Part shown: positions 29,782 to 37,569 of the stretch, one piece after another
How the letters are laid out: each line of letters opens with the position of its first letter
How positions within the stretch are numbered: the first letter of the stretch is position 1
Assembly (NCBI GenBank): GCA_964416765.1
Contig: CAYQEU010000001.1
Span: 212,480-276,479, forward strand
Source of the DNA: an uncultured Candidatus Saccharibacteria bacterium
Lineage (GTDB): Bacteria > Patescibacteriota > Doudnabacteria > UBA920
DNA: 64,000 bases
Direction: 5' to 3'
Made by a program: the position numbers and the translations under genes
Notes under the pieces: generated by a model
Told to the model about the DNA's origin: nothing
Databases searched by the model: none
What the model saw: the letters and a program-made list of their open reading frames with translations, nothing else

Positions 29782-29808
29782 AAAGTGGATAAAAGTGGGG
29801 ATAAGTGG
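29782..29808 (+). promoter_or_regulatory. MraZ operator: three AAGTGG(A/G) direct repeats at 10-bp periodicity (a fourth at 29751)
   Basis: AAGTGGata AAAGTGGgga tAAGTGGgaa, immediately downstream of the -10. Confidence 0.5.
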
Positions 29809-29853
29809 GAAACCCAAAAGATCCTTTAAAACGCCGGAATACACCAAGAAATT

Positions 29854-30285
29854 ATGTTTATCGGAGAATTCACAGCAACAATTGATGAAAAGGGAAGAAT
29901 TTCCATTCCGGCCAAGTTCCGCTCCCAACTTAAGTCCCAGGTAGTCGTCACTCGCGGTCTGGATAATTCACTGTTTCTGTATACATTAGACGAGTGGAAG
30001 AAGCTTGCGGAAAAATTGGCCAGTCTCCCAATTTCTACTGCCAATACCCGAGCTTTTTCCCGTCTGATGCTTGCAGGAGCCATGGATTGCGATATCGACA
30101 AGCAAGGCCGCATTGTGTTGCCTGCGTACCTGAAAGAGTTTGCCAAAATCAAAAAGCGCTTGGTGTTTGCCGGTCTTTATAACCGGGTGGAAGTCTGGAG
30201 TGAAGAGCTCTGGGAAAAATACAAGGCGCAGACTGAAAAGCAGAGCAATTCAATTGCTGAACAGTTAGGCAGTTTAGGAGTATAA
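29854..30285 (+). CDS. mraZ: transcriptional regulator MraZ
   Basis: MFIGEFTATIDEKGRISIPAKFR. Duplicated MraZ domain. 143 aa. Confidence 0.85.
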   Translation: MFIGEFTATIDEKGRISIPAKFRSQLKSQVVVTRGLDNSLFLYTLDEWKKLAEKLASLPISTANTRAFSRLMLAGAMDCDIDKQGRIVLPAYLKEFAKIKKRLVFAGLYNRVEVWSEELWEKYKAQTEKQSNSIAEQLGSLGV

Positions 30286-30287
30286 CG

Positions 30288-31232
30288 ATGGCTTATCGCC
30301 ACGTGCCAGTTCTTTTAAATGAAGCTTTGGGCTATCTGGAACCGCAGCCGGGCCAGAATTTCGTTGACGCCACGCTTGGCGGCGGGGGATATACCAGAGC
30401 AATTTTGGAAAAAGTTTTTCCCGCCGGAAAAGTCTTAGCGATTGACCTCGACCCGGACGCGCGAGAAAACTTTGCGAATACAATCTCTGGAAAAAAATAC
30501 GCCAAGAATGTAGTGGTGGCGCCGGGAAATTTCCGCGACATCGACCACATTTTGCGCAACCACAAGTTCCATGACATATCCGGGATTGTGGCCGACCTGG
30601 GCCTGAGCTCCCATTTAATAGATGAAGCCGGCCGGGGAATTTCCTTCCAAAAAGATGAGCCATTAGACATGCGGTTTGACCCGTCAGGACCAACTGACGC
30701 GAAGTTTATTTTGAATAACTCTTCGCTTGACGAGCTAACCCGTATTTTTAAGGAATATGGCGAAGACCCCGCGGCACGCGGCATCGCGAAAGCGATTGTG
30801 GTGGGGCGGGAAGAAAAGCGTTTGGCAAGCGCGCAGGATTTGGTGGAGGCGATCACGCGAGGGTTGCCCAAGCCAAGAAAGCATTTATGGCAGCAGTCGG
30901 CACGCCGGATTTTCCAGGCGGTTCGCATGGCTGTAAACCATGAGCTGGAAAGTTTGGAAAGTTTTTTGCCCAAGGCGTTTGATTTGCTCAATCCCGGCGG
31001 CAAAATGGTCATTGTTTCTTTCCACTCGCTGGAAGACAGGGTAGTCAAACAGTTTTTCGCCGGGTTGGCCAAAGGCTGTATCTGCCCCCCGGATTTTCCC
31101 TACTGCCAATGCGGCAGGAATCCGAGAGGAAAGATTTTGACGAAAAAACCCGTCACCGCCAGCGAGAAAGAACAGCAAGATAATTCACGAAGCATACCCG
31201 CCAAATTAAGGGCAATACAAAAAATCAATTAG
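30288..31232 (+). CDS. rsmH: 16S rRNA (cytosine1402-N4)-methyltransferase RsmH
   Basis: HVPVLLNEALGYL, DATLGGGG, and its position after mraZ. Confidence 0.85.
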   Translation: MAYRHVPVLLNEALGYLEPQPGQNFVDATLGGGGYTRAILEKVFPAGKVLAIDLDPDARENFANTISGKKYAKNVVVAPGNFRDIDHILRNHKFHDISGIVADLGLSSHLIDEAGRGISFQKDEPLDMRFDPSGPTDAKFILNNSSLDELTRIFKEYGEDPAARGIAKAIVVGREEKRLASAQDLVEAITRGLPKPRKHLWQQSARRIFQAVRMAVNHELESLESFLPKAFDLLNPGGKMVIVSFHSLEDRVVKQFFAGLAKGCICPPDFPYCQCGRNPRGKILTKKPVTASEKEQQDNSRSIPAKLRAIQKIN

Positions 31233-31257
31233 TAAATCGAAATAAAAACAAACAAAA

Positions 31258-31722
31258 ATGTTCAAATCCTTCGAAAAGTCCCGGGCAATGGGCCCGGCCA
31301 TCTCTGTTCGCTTTAATAACGGTTCCCGCACATATTCCCGTCCTTCTTACGTCAAAACCAGCCGCTCTTCGGGCCGTAACGCCCGCCACAGATGGCTATC
31401 TTCCCTAAAAGCATTGGCAACCCCAGCCGGCGACTTCAAACAGTACGCGGTTTATGGGTTAATGGGATTGCTTGGTGTCTTGGTGATTTCGCATGTTTTG
31501 CTGATCAATGGCGCTTCCGCCAACGGTTACGAAATGCGCAAAATCCAGAACGCCATTGCCCAGCAAACTGAAATCGAACAAAATTTAGAACTTAAAACAG
31601 CGCAAATGGCTTCCCTTAATTCGGTTGACCAGGCCGCCGCCATGAACAGACTAGTAACGGTCACAAACCAGGAATTCCTCGCTCCAGCCACACTCACGGC
31701 CTACCGCACTGCTTCGAAATAA
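31258..31722 (+). CDS. ftsL: FtsL-like cell-division protein (positional call)
   Basis: Single TM then a coiled-coil segment, sitting between rsmH and ftsI. It has an unusually long N-terminal basic extension. Confidence 0.45.
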   Translation: MFKSFEKSRAMGPAISVRFNNGSRTYSRPSYVKTSRSSGRNARHRWLSSLKALATPAGDFKQYAVYGLMGLLGVLVISHVLLINGASANGYEMRKIQNAIAQQTEIEQNLELKTAQMASLNSVDQAAAMNRLVTVTNQEFLAPATLTAYRTASK

Positions 31723-31730
31723 AATTTACC

Positions 31731-33488
31731 ATGGTTAAAAAAGCCCTCAGAAAGCCCACCAACCAACCAGACACAACCCAGAAAAGAATGGTCACTTTGA
31801 CTGTTCTTTTGTTTTTAGCATTTTTGGTAATTGTCGGGCGTCTGTTCCAGCTTCAAGTGGTGTCCGGCAGTGATTACCGCAGCCTGGCCCAGGACCAGTA
31901 TACCCTGGTAAAGAAACTTACTCCGGTGCGCGGAGAAATAAAAATCATGGACCACTTCTCGGGACAGCCTTATACGGTAGCCACATCATTGGATAAGGAC
32001 CTCGCTTACGCGGTACCGGAATCAATCACCGACCAGCAGGCTTTTGCTAAAACCGTAAGTGAAATTTTAGGAATGACTGTTGACGACGTAATGTCGAAAA
32101 TATCCGACCGCAGTAAAAAATATGTGGTGTTAAGGCACGAACTCTCTGATGAGGAGGAAAGCAAATTAAAAGCGCTTAAGTTGACCGGGCTTAACTTTGA
32201 CCCGGAAACCGTGCGATTCTATCCAGAGAACGCCTTCCTGAGCCAGGTGCTGGGCTATGTCGGGTATGCTGACACTGAGAAAACAGGACGTTACGGCTTG
32301 GAACAATATTTTAATACTCAGTTGGCCGGTTCTCCTGGCTCCATTGACCAGGAGAAGGACGCCAGCGGCGTGTGGATTTTTGGCGGCAAGAGGGATGTGA
32401 CCCCCGCGCAGAACGGTCAAACCCTGGTGCTGACAATTGATAAAAACATCCAGTTCCAAACCGAGAGCATTTTGAAAGAGGCGGTAACCGAGCACGGAGC
32501 AGATAGCGGTTCCGTCATTGTAATGGACCCGAAAACCGGGGCCATTCTTGCCATGGCTACTTACCCTTCCTTTGACCCAAACCAGTATTCCAAAGCAAAA
32601 AGTCCCCAGGTTTACAGTAACCAGCCAACCGTGGGGAGCTATGAACCAGGATCCATCTTTAAGCCCATCACTATGGCCATGGCCGTTAATGAAGGTAAGG
32701 TGGGGCCGAATACTACTTACGTAGACACCGGGGAAATCAATGTAGATGGTTTCAAAATCCAAAACTCAGACCATAAAGCGCACGGCACTCAAACCATGAG
32801 CCAGGTCTTGGAAGAATCTCTGAACACCGGCGCGATTTTTGCCAAGGACCAGATTGGCAACAAATTATTCACCGACTATGTCCGCCGGTTCGGTTTTGGA
32901 AAGGATACCGGCATTGAACTTCCGGAAGCGGCGGGAAACTTGAGTGGTTTGAATACAAACGTGGAAGTTAACTTTGACACAGCTACTTTTGGCCAGGGGA
33001 TTAACGTTACCCCGATCCAACTGATGCAGGCCTACAGCGCTTTTGCTAACGGCGGCAAAATGATGAAGCCGTTTATTGTGGGTTCAACAATAGATTACAA
33101 AGGCAAGTCCACGGTTACGGTTCCTCAAGTCGTGGGCCAGCCAATTAGCTCGCAGACCGCGAGCGCCATATCCGCCATGCTGGTTAACGTAGTGGAACTT
33201 GGCCACGGCAAAAAAGCCGGCGTAAAAGGTTATTATGTCGGGGGCAAGACCGGGACAGCACAGGTACCGCGTGAAGACGGGAAAGGGTATGACCCCAATG
33301 ATAACATTGGTTCGTTTATTGGCTACGCGCCCATTGAGGACCCCAAGTTTATCGCCATCGTGCGGGTAAATCACCCGCGTGACGTGCAGTTCGCGGAAAG
33401 TTCCGCCGCCCCTGCTTTCGGCAAGATCGCGCAGTTCTTGCTGAATTACTTTAACGTCCAGCCCACGCGTCCCATAACCGGTAAATAA
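31731..33488 (+). CDS. ftsI: penicillin-binding protein (class B transpeptidase, FtsI/PBP2-like)
   Basis: N-terminal TM, dimerisation domain, and transpeptidase motifs SIFKP, SLN and KTGTA. Confidence 0.8.
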   Translation: MVKKALRKPTNQPDTTQKRMVTLTVLLFLAFLVIVGRLFQLQVVSGSDYRSLAQDQYTLVKKLTPVRGEIKIMDHFSGQPYTVATSLDKDLAYAVPESITDQQAFAKTVSEILGMTVDDVMSKISDRSKKYVVLRHELSDEEESKLKALKLTGLNFDPETVRFYPENAFLSQVLGYVGYADTEKTGRYGLEQYFNTQLAGSPGSIDQEKDASGVWIFGGKRDVTPAQNGQTLVLTIDKNIQFQTESILKEAVTEHGADSGSVIVMDPKTGAILAMATYPSFDPNQYSKAKSPQVYSNQPTVGSYEPGSIFKPITMAMAVNEGKVGPNTTYVDTGEINVDGFKIQNSDHKAHGTQTMSQVLEESLNTGAIFAKDQIGNKLFTDYVRRFGFGKDTGIELPEAAGNLSGLNTNVEVNFDTATFGQGINVTPIQLMQAYSAFANGGKMMKPFIVGSTIDYKGKSTVTVPQVVGQPISSQTASAISAMLVNVVELGHGKKAGVKGYYVGGKTGTAQVPREDGKGYDPNDNIGSFIGYAPIEDPKFIAIVRVNHPRDVQFAESSAAPAFGKIAQFLLNYFNVQPTRPITGK

Positions 33489-33497
33489 AAAAGCCAG

Positions 33498-33755
33498 CTA
33501 GTGCTGGCTTGGATCTTTGCAATTTTCGTGGTGGTGGTGGGGAAACTCTTTTTTCCCCCAGTGGACTTCGTTCCAGATGCGTTCATGAACGAAGTAAAGG
33601 AAGGTGCTGGCAACATTGGAGATACCGACGAACCCGATCGTGAGCTTAAAGTTGCCGGTAATTAGGTAGATAAGGGTGGCATCGGAAACCAGGATAATGC
33701 CGCGGTAGGTGAGGGCTTTGACAATCGAACGAGAATGGTTTTCTTGGAAGGCCAT
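33498..33755 (-). CDS. small membrane protein (DUF2061-like)
   Basis: 85 aa with two TM helices. Tentative resemblance to DUF2061 (..TYRGIILVSDATLIYLITG..). Confidence 0.35.
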   Translation of the reverse strand: MAFQENHSRSIVKALTYRGIILVSDATLIYLITGNFKLTIGFVGISNVASTFLYFVHERIWNEVHWGKKEFPHHHHENCKDPSQH

Positions 33756-33832
33756 TAAGTTGTGATTTTACTTTATTTTCTTTTTTGCGGATAACCTTTA
33801 GATATTATATTCTACAAATAGAATACAGACAA

Positions 33833-36052
33833 ATGGAGAAATTATGGCGCACAATTAAAAAGGGTTTTCTGTATCTGGCCGGATTTGTAGCTTTCGGCTT
33901 TTTCGGCATTTTCGTCTTTCTCGCCATCATATCCACAGTAGTTATCTGGCATTACACCAGCGGATTGCCCAGCTATGACGCGGTGGTGAAAAGAAACGTG
34001 GTTGAATCGAGCAAGATCTATTCCCGTGACGGAACACTCCTCTATGAATTTCACGGCGAAGTAAAACGCACGCGCGTTGACCTCGGCCAAATTTCTCCCT
34101 ACCTCCAACAGGCCACAGTGGCCATTGAGGACAAGGATTTCTACAAACACGGGGCAGTTTCCATCACGGGCATTATCCGCGCGGCGCTGGTCAACTACCA
34201 GTCTGGTTCCGTCACTCAGGGGGGCAGTACCATTACCCAGCAGTATGTTAAAAATGCCTTGCTTAGTTCGGACCGTTCGTTTGGCCGCAAAATTTCCGAA
34301 GTCTTTTTGGCATATAAGATCGAATCACACTTGAGCAAAACCGAAATTTTAAACCTATACCTTAACGAGATCCCTTACGGACGCAACGCGTATGGAGCTG
34401 AAGCAGCCAGCGAAGCGTATTTCGACAAATCAGCTAAAGACCTGACTCTGGAGGAAAGCGCTTATCTGGCCGCGTTGCCGCAGGCGCCCAGTTTACTTAG
34501 TCCCACCGGTTCCAATCCCCAGTTGTTGGAAACCCGCAAGAACACCGTGCTAGAAATCATGAAAGAGCAGGGCTACATTAACGACCAGCAATTTGAGGAA
34601 GCTCGGGATGGGGAAGTGGCTTTCAAAGACCCGCACACCACGCTCATTGCCCCTTATTTTGTTTCTTACATCCAGAATTACCTGACCCAGAAATACGGCA
34701 ACCAGTTTTTGCGCGAAGGGGGATTGAAAGTATACACCACCTTGGACTTAAAACTTCAGGCTTTGGCGGAAAAGGCCGTGGCTGATGGCGTGGCTAGAAA
34801 CGAAAAAGAAAACAACGCGCACAATGCCGCGCTAGTTGCCATGGAGCCTGGCACAGGCAAGATTTTAGCCATGGTAGGCGGCAAGGACTATTGGGGCGCG
34901 CCCGTGCCCAAGGGGTGCAACCCCGGTACCACGGGAAGGAATAGCTGTACTTTTGAACCCCACGTAAACGCCGCGGCGTCGCAGCGACAGCCGGGATCCT
35001 CATTCAAACCTTACGTTTATGTTACTGCGTTCGGCCGGGAGTTTGCTTATAACCCCCAGTCTACCGTCGTGGACTCGCCAACCAGTTTTGGCAATTACAC
35101 GCCGCGCAATTATGACGGCGGCTACCATGGTACGGTAACCATGCGGCAGGCTCTAGCCGGCAGTTTGAACGTTCCTGCTGTTAAGGTCCTGGCTTTGGTC
35201 GGGGTTGATAAAGCCACGAACACCGCGCATGGCCTCGGCATTACCTCGCCGCTAAAGGATTGCGGGCTGACTTTGGTTTTGGGCGGCTGTGAGGTGCGCC
35301 TGGTGGACCATGTTGCCGGCTATGCTTCCATTGCCAATGGTGGCAAGGCAAATCCAGCCACGCCATTTTTGAAAATTATCGATAAGGACAACAAAGTTCT
35401 GGAAGAATACCAACCTCAGAACAAGCAGGTGGTAGATCCGGCGGCGGCCTATGAATTACTGAGCATCATGACTGATAATGACGCCAGGACATACATTTTC
35501 GGCAAGAACTCGCCGCTGTACTTCCCGGACCGGATTGTGGCCGCTAAAACCGGCACCACTAACGCCTGGAAAGACGGGTGGACCCTCATGTGCACCCCAC
35601 AATTATGTTCGGGGGTGTGGACGGGCAATGACAATGGTCAGCTGATGAGGCAGGGGGCTGACGGTGTCTTTACCGCCGCTCCCATAGCGCACCAGTTCAT
35701 GGAACAGGCGCTCCAGGGCGAGCTGTCCCAGCAATTCCCGGTTCCCTCGGATATTGTCCAAATTAACTACAATAAAAACACTAACCGACCCGCCGGTTCC
35801 AATGATAAGAACGTGAAAGTGATGTCGTTTGCGTATTATGCCTTGCCCAAGGATATCCAGCAGCTGGCCAGTCCCGGCAGTTCACAACTGAGGATTAAGC
35901 CCAAAGCTACCGTCCCGTCCGGGGGCGCGGGCAATACTAACAGCCCCACAAATACGAATGTCCCGCCGGCTAATACCTCGCCGCCAGGCAATACTCCGGC
36001 AGACTCGCCGGTCACCTCAATTTTTACCCCTTCCATCAAAAAAGAGAACTAA
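33833..36052 (+). CDS. class A penicillin-binding protein (PBP1A; glycosyltransferase + transpeptidase)
   Basis: GT51 motifs (IEDKDFYKHGAV, GGSTITQQ), transpeptidase SGSSFKP and KTGTT. Pro/Thr/Asn-rich C-terminal tail. The ORF track begins at TTG 33785 and the first ATG is 33833. Confidence 0.8.
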   Translation: MEKLWRTIKKGFLYLAGFVAFGFFGIFVFLAIISTVVIWHYTSGLPSYDAVVKRNVVESSKIYSRDGTLLYEFHGEVKRTRVDLGQISPYLQQATVAIEDKDFYKHGAVSITGIIRAALVNYQSGSVTQGGSTITQQYVKNALLSSDRSFGRKISEVFLAYKIESHLSKTEILNLYLNEIPYGRNAYGAEAASEAYFDKSAKDLTLEESAYLAALPQAPSLLSPTGSNPQLLETRKNTVLEIMKEQGYINDQQFEEARDGEVAFKDPHTTLIAPYFVSYIQNYLTQKYGNQFLREGGLKVYTTLDLKLQALAEKAVADGVARNEKENNAHNAALVAMEPGTGKILAMVGGKDYWGAPVPKGCNPGTTGRNSCTFEPHVNAAASQRQPGSSFKPYVYVTAFGREFAYNPQSTVVDSPTSFGNYTPRNYDGGYHGTVTMRQALAGSLNVPAVKVLALVGVDKATNTAHGLGITSPLKDCGLTLVLGGCEVRLVDHVAGYASIANGGKANPATPFLKIIDKDNKVLEEYQPQNKQVVDPAAAYELLSIMTDNDARTYIFGKNSPLYFPDRIVAAKTGTTNAWKDGWTLMCTPQLCSGVWTGNDNGQLMRQGADGVFTAAPIAHQFMEQALQGELSQQFPVPSDIVQINYNKNTNRPAGSNDKNVKVMSFAYYALPKDIQQLASPGSSQLRIKPKATVPSGGAGNTNSPTNTNVPPANTSPPGNTPADSPVTSIFTPSIKKEN

Positions 36053-36068
36053 TTTAGTTCTCTTTTTG
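36041..36068. terminator. bidirectional terminator between PBP1A and msrA
   Basis: agagaactaatttagttctct followed by ttttt. It overlaps the PBP1A stop. Confidence 0.5.
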
Positions 36069-36605
36069 GTATTCGGGTTTTACGTCAGCCTTGAAATCTT
36101 TGTATAGCTTGGTAATTTTGGGATCGATTACCAGGCGGCAATATCCAGCGGTCCGGTTCCGTTCATAATAGTCCTTGTGTTCCGGCTCCGCGGGATAGAA
36201 ATTTTCATATGGAGTTATTTCGGTGACTATTGGGTCCGGGTATTTGCCGCTTTCCGCGAGCTCCGCTTTGGACTGTTCCGCTACCTGTTGTTGTTCCGGA
36301 CTGTGATAAAAGATAGCCGAACGGTACTGGGTCCCTTCGTCATAACCCTGCCGGTTCAGCGTGGTGGGGTCATGGGTGGCCCAAAATACTTCCAGTAACT
36401 TTTTGTATGAAATCACGCCGGGGTCAAACTCAATTTGCAGGCACTCTGCGTGGCCGCTGGCACCAGAGCTGACTTGGAAATAGCTTGGAGAGGGGATAGT
36501 GCCTCCGGAGTATCCGGGCGTGACTTTGCTGACTCCATTAAGGCGGCGGAACACTGCTTCGGTGCACCAAAAACAGCCGTTGGCTAAAGTCGCGGTTTCT
36601 GTCAT
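36054..36605 (-). CDS. msrA: peptide-methionine (S)-S-oxide reductase MsrA
   Basis: N-terminal GCFWC catalytic motif. Confidence 0.85.
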   Translation of the reverse strand: MTETATLANGCFWCTEAVFRRLNGVSKVTPGYSGGTIPSPSYFQVSSGASGHAECLQIEFDPGVISYKKLLEVFWATHDPTTLNRQGYDEGTQYRSAIFYHSPEQQQVAEQSKAELAESGKYPDPIVTEITPYENFYPAEPEHKDYYERNRTAGYCRLVIDPKITKLYKDFKADVKPEYQKEN

Positions 36606-37015
36606 TCCGTTGCCTCGTTTTTTTTCATAACCAGGCAGGAGCCATTAATGCAGAAATGCTGGCCGGTTTGCGTTTCCTGGTCATCATCAAACAAATGGCC
36701 GAGGTGGCTGCTACACTGGGCGCAGCGGACCTCAGTCCGGTGCATGCCCATGCTGTCATCCGGTATCATTTCGACGCTCCCCGGGATGGCTTGGTCAAAG
36801 CTGGGCCATCCGACCAAGCCGGGAATAGAAGTATCGAACTTCGCATCTGATTTAAACAGTACATTGCCGCAAACCGCGCACGCAAACATCCCTTTTTCCG
36901 TGTTGTTGAGGATTTCACTGCTGAACGGTGCTTCGGTACCGCCCTCCCGCAATATTTTATACTGTTCGGGGGTGAGCTTGTTTTTTAATTCATCTTCATC
37001 AATTTGTATTTTCAT
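36602..37015 (-). CDS. msrB: peptide-methionine (R)-S-oxide reductase MsrB
   Basis: Two CxxC Zn motifs and the catalytic RCAQCSSHLGHLF. Confidence 0.85.
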   Translation of the reverse strand: MKIQIDEDELKNKLTPEQYKILREGGTEAPFSSEILNNTEKGMFACAVCGNVLFKSDAKFDTSIPGLVGWPSFDQAIPGSVEMIPDDSMGMHRTEVRCAQCSSHLGHLFDDDQETQTGQHFCINGSCLVMKKNEATE

Positions 37016-37071
37016 AAAGCCCTTTCTTTAATGGTTTAATTGTGGAATACTAAGAGGCTCCCGTCAAGGAC

Positions 37072-37114
37072 TTGACAAAACTAGTTAGATGGCTAATAAT
37101 TAGGTAACTAACTA
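37072..37114 (+). promoter_or_regulatory. marR promoter (TTGACA-17-AATAAT) with an embedded inverted repeat TAGTTAG..CTAACTA (candidate MarR operator)
   Basis: Consensus -35 TTGACA at 37072-37077. The palindrome arms at 37083-37089 and 37108-37114 flank the -10. Confidence 0.4.
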
Positions 37115-37124
37115 ATTTATCCTC

Positions 37125-37565
37125 ATGAGCGGGGCGAACTATACGGATAACGAAAATTTAAGGAAGTTGCTGTTCCATTTGTCGAAAAAGTGCAAACTAG
37201 ACATGGAACGCCGCTTTCTGAGCGCAAAAATCGGGATCACCCCTTTCCAGTATGCCGCTTTGGTAGTACTGAATAAACAACCGACTACATTAAATGAGTT
37301 GGCTCGCGCCTTGCTCATCCAGCCGCCTTCCTTGGTTCCCGCCGTCGAGCACCTGGCCCAAGCCGGCTTGATTGAAAAATCAGCCGACATAAGCGACCGC
37401 CGCAAAATCCAATTGACCGTTACTCCGGAAGGCAAGGAATTACTAAAGAAGAAACTCTTTGAGGGGTCGGGCGATAAGTTAAACAGCGCTTTCCACGCTC
37501 TGGAAAAAACCAAACAGAAACAGCTCGTTAACCTATTAGAAGAATTAAACGATAACTTGAACTAA
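37125..37565 (+). CDS. MarR-family transcriptional regulator
   Basis: Winged-helix region ..LNELARALLIQPPSLVPAVEHLAQAGLIEKSADISDRRK... Confidence 0.75.
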   Translation: MSGANYTDNENLRKLLFHLSKKCKLDMERRFLSAKIGITPFQYAALVVLNKQPTTLNELARALLIQPPSLVPAVEHLAQAGLIEKSADISDRRKIQLTVTPEGKELLKKKLFEGSGDKLNSAFHALEKTKQKQLVNLLEELNDNLN

Positions 37566-37569
37566 CTAT

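Noticed and set aside
32166-32762. 198-aa minus-strand ORF inside ftsI
   Set aside because: Antisense to the PBP gene. Spurious.
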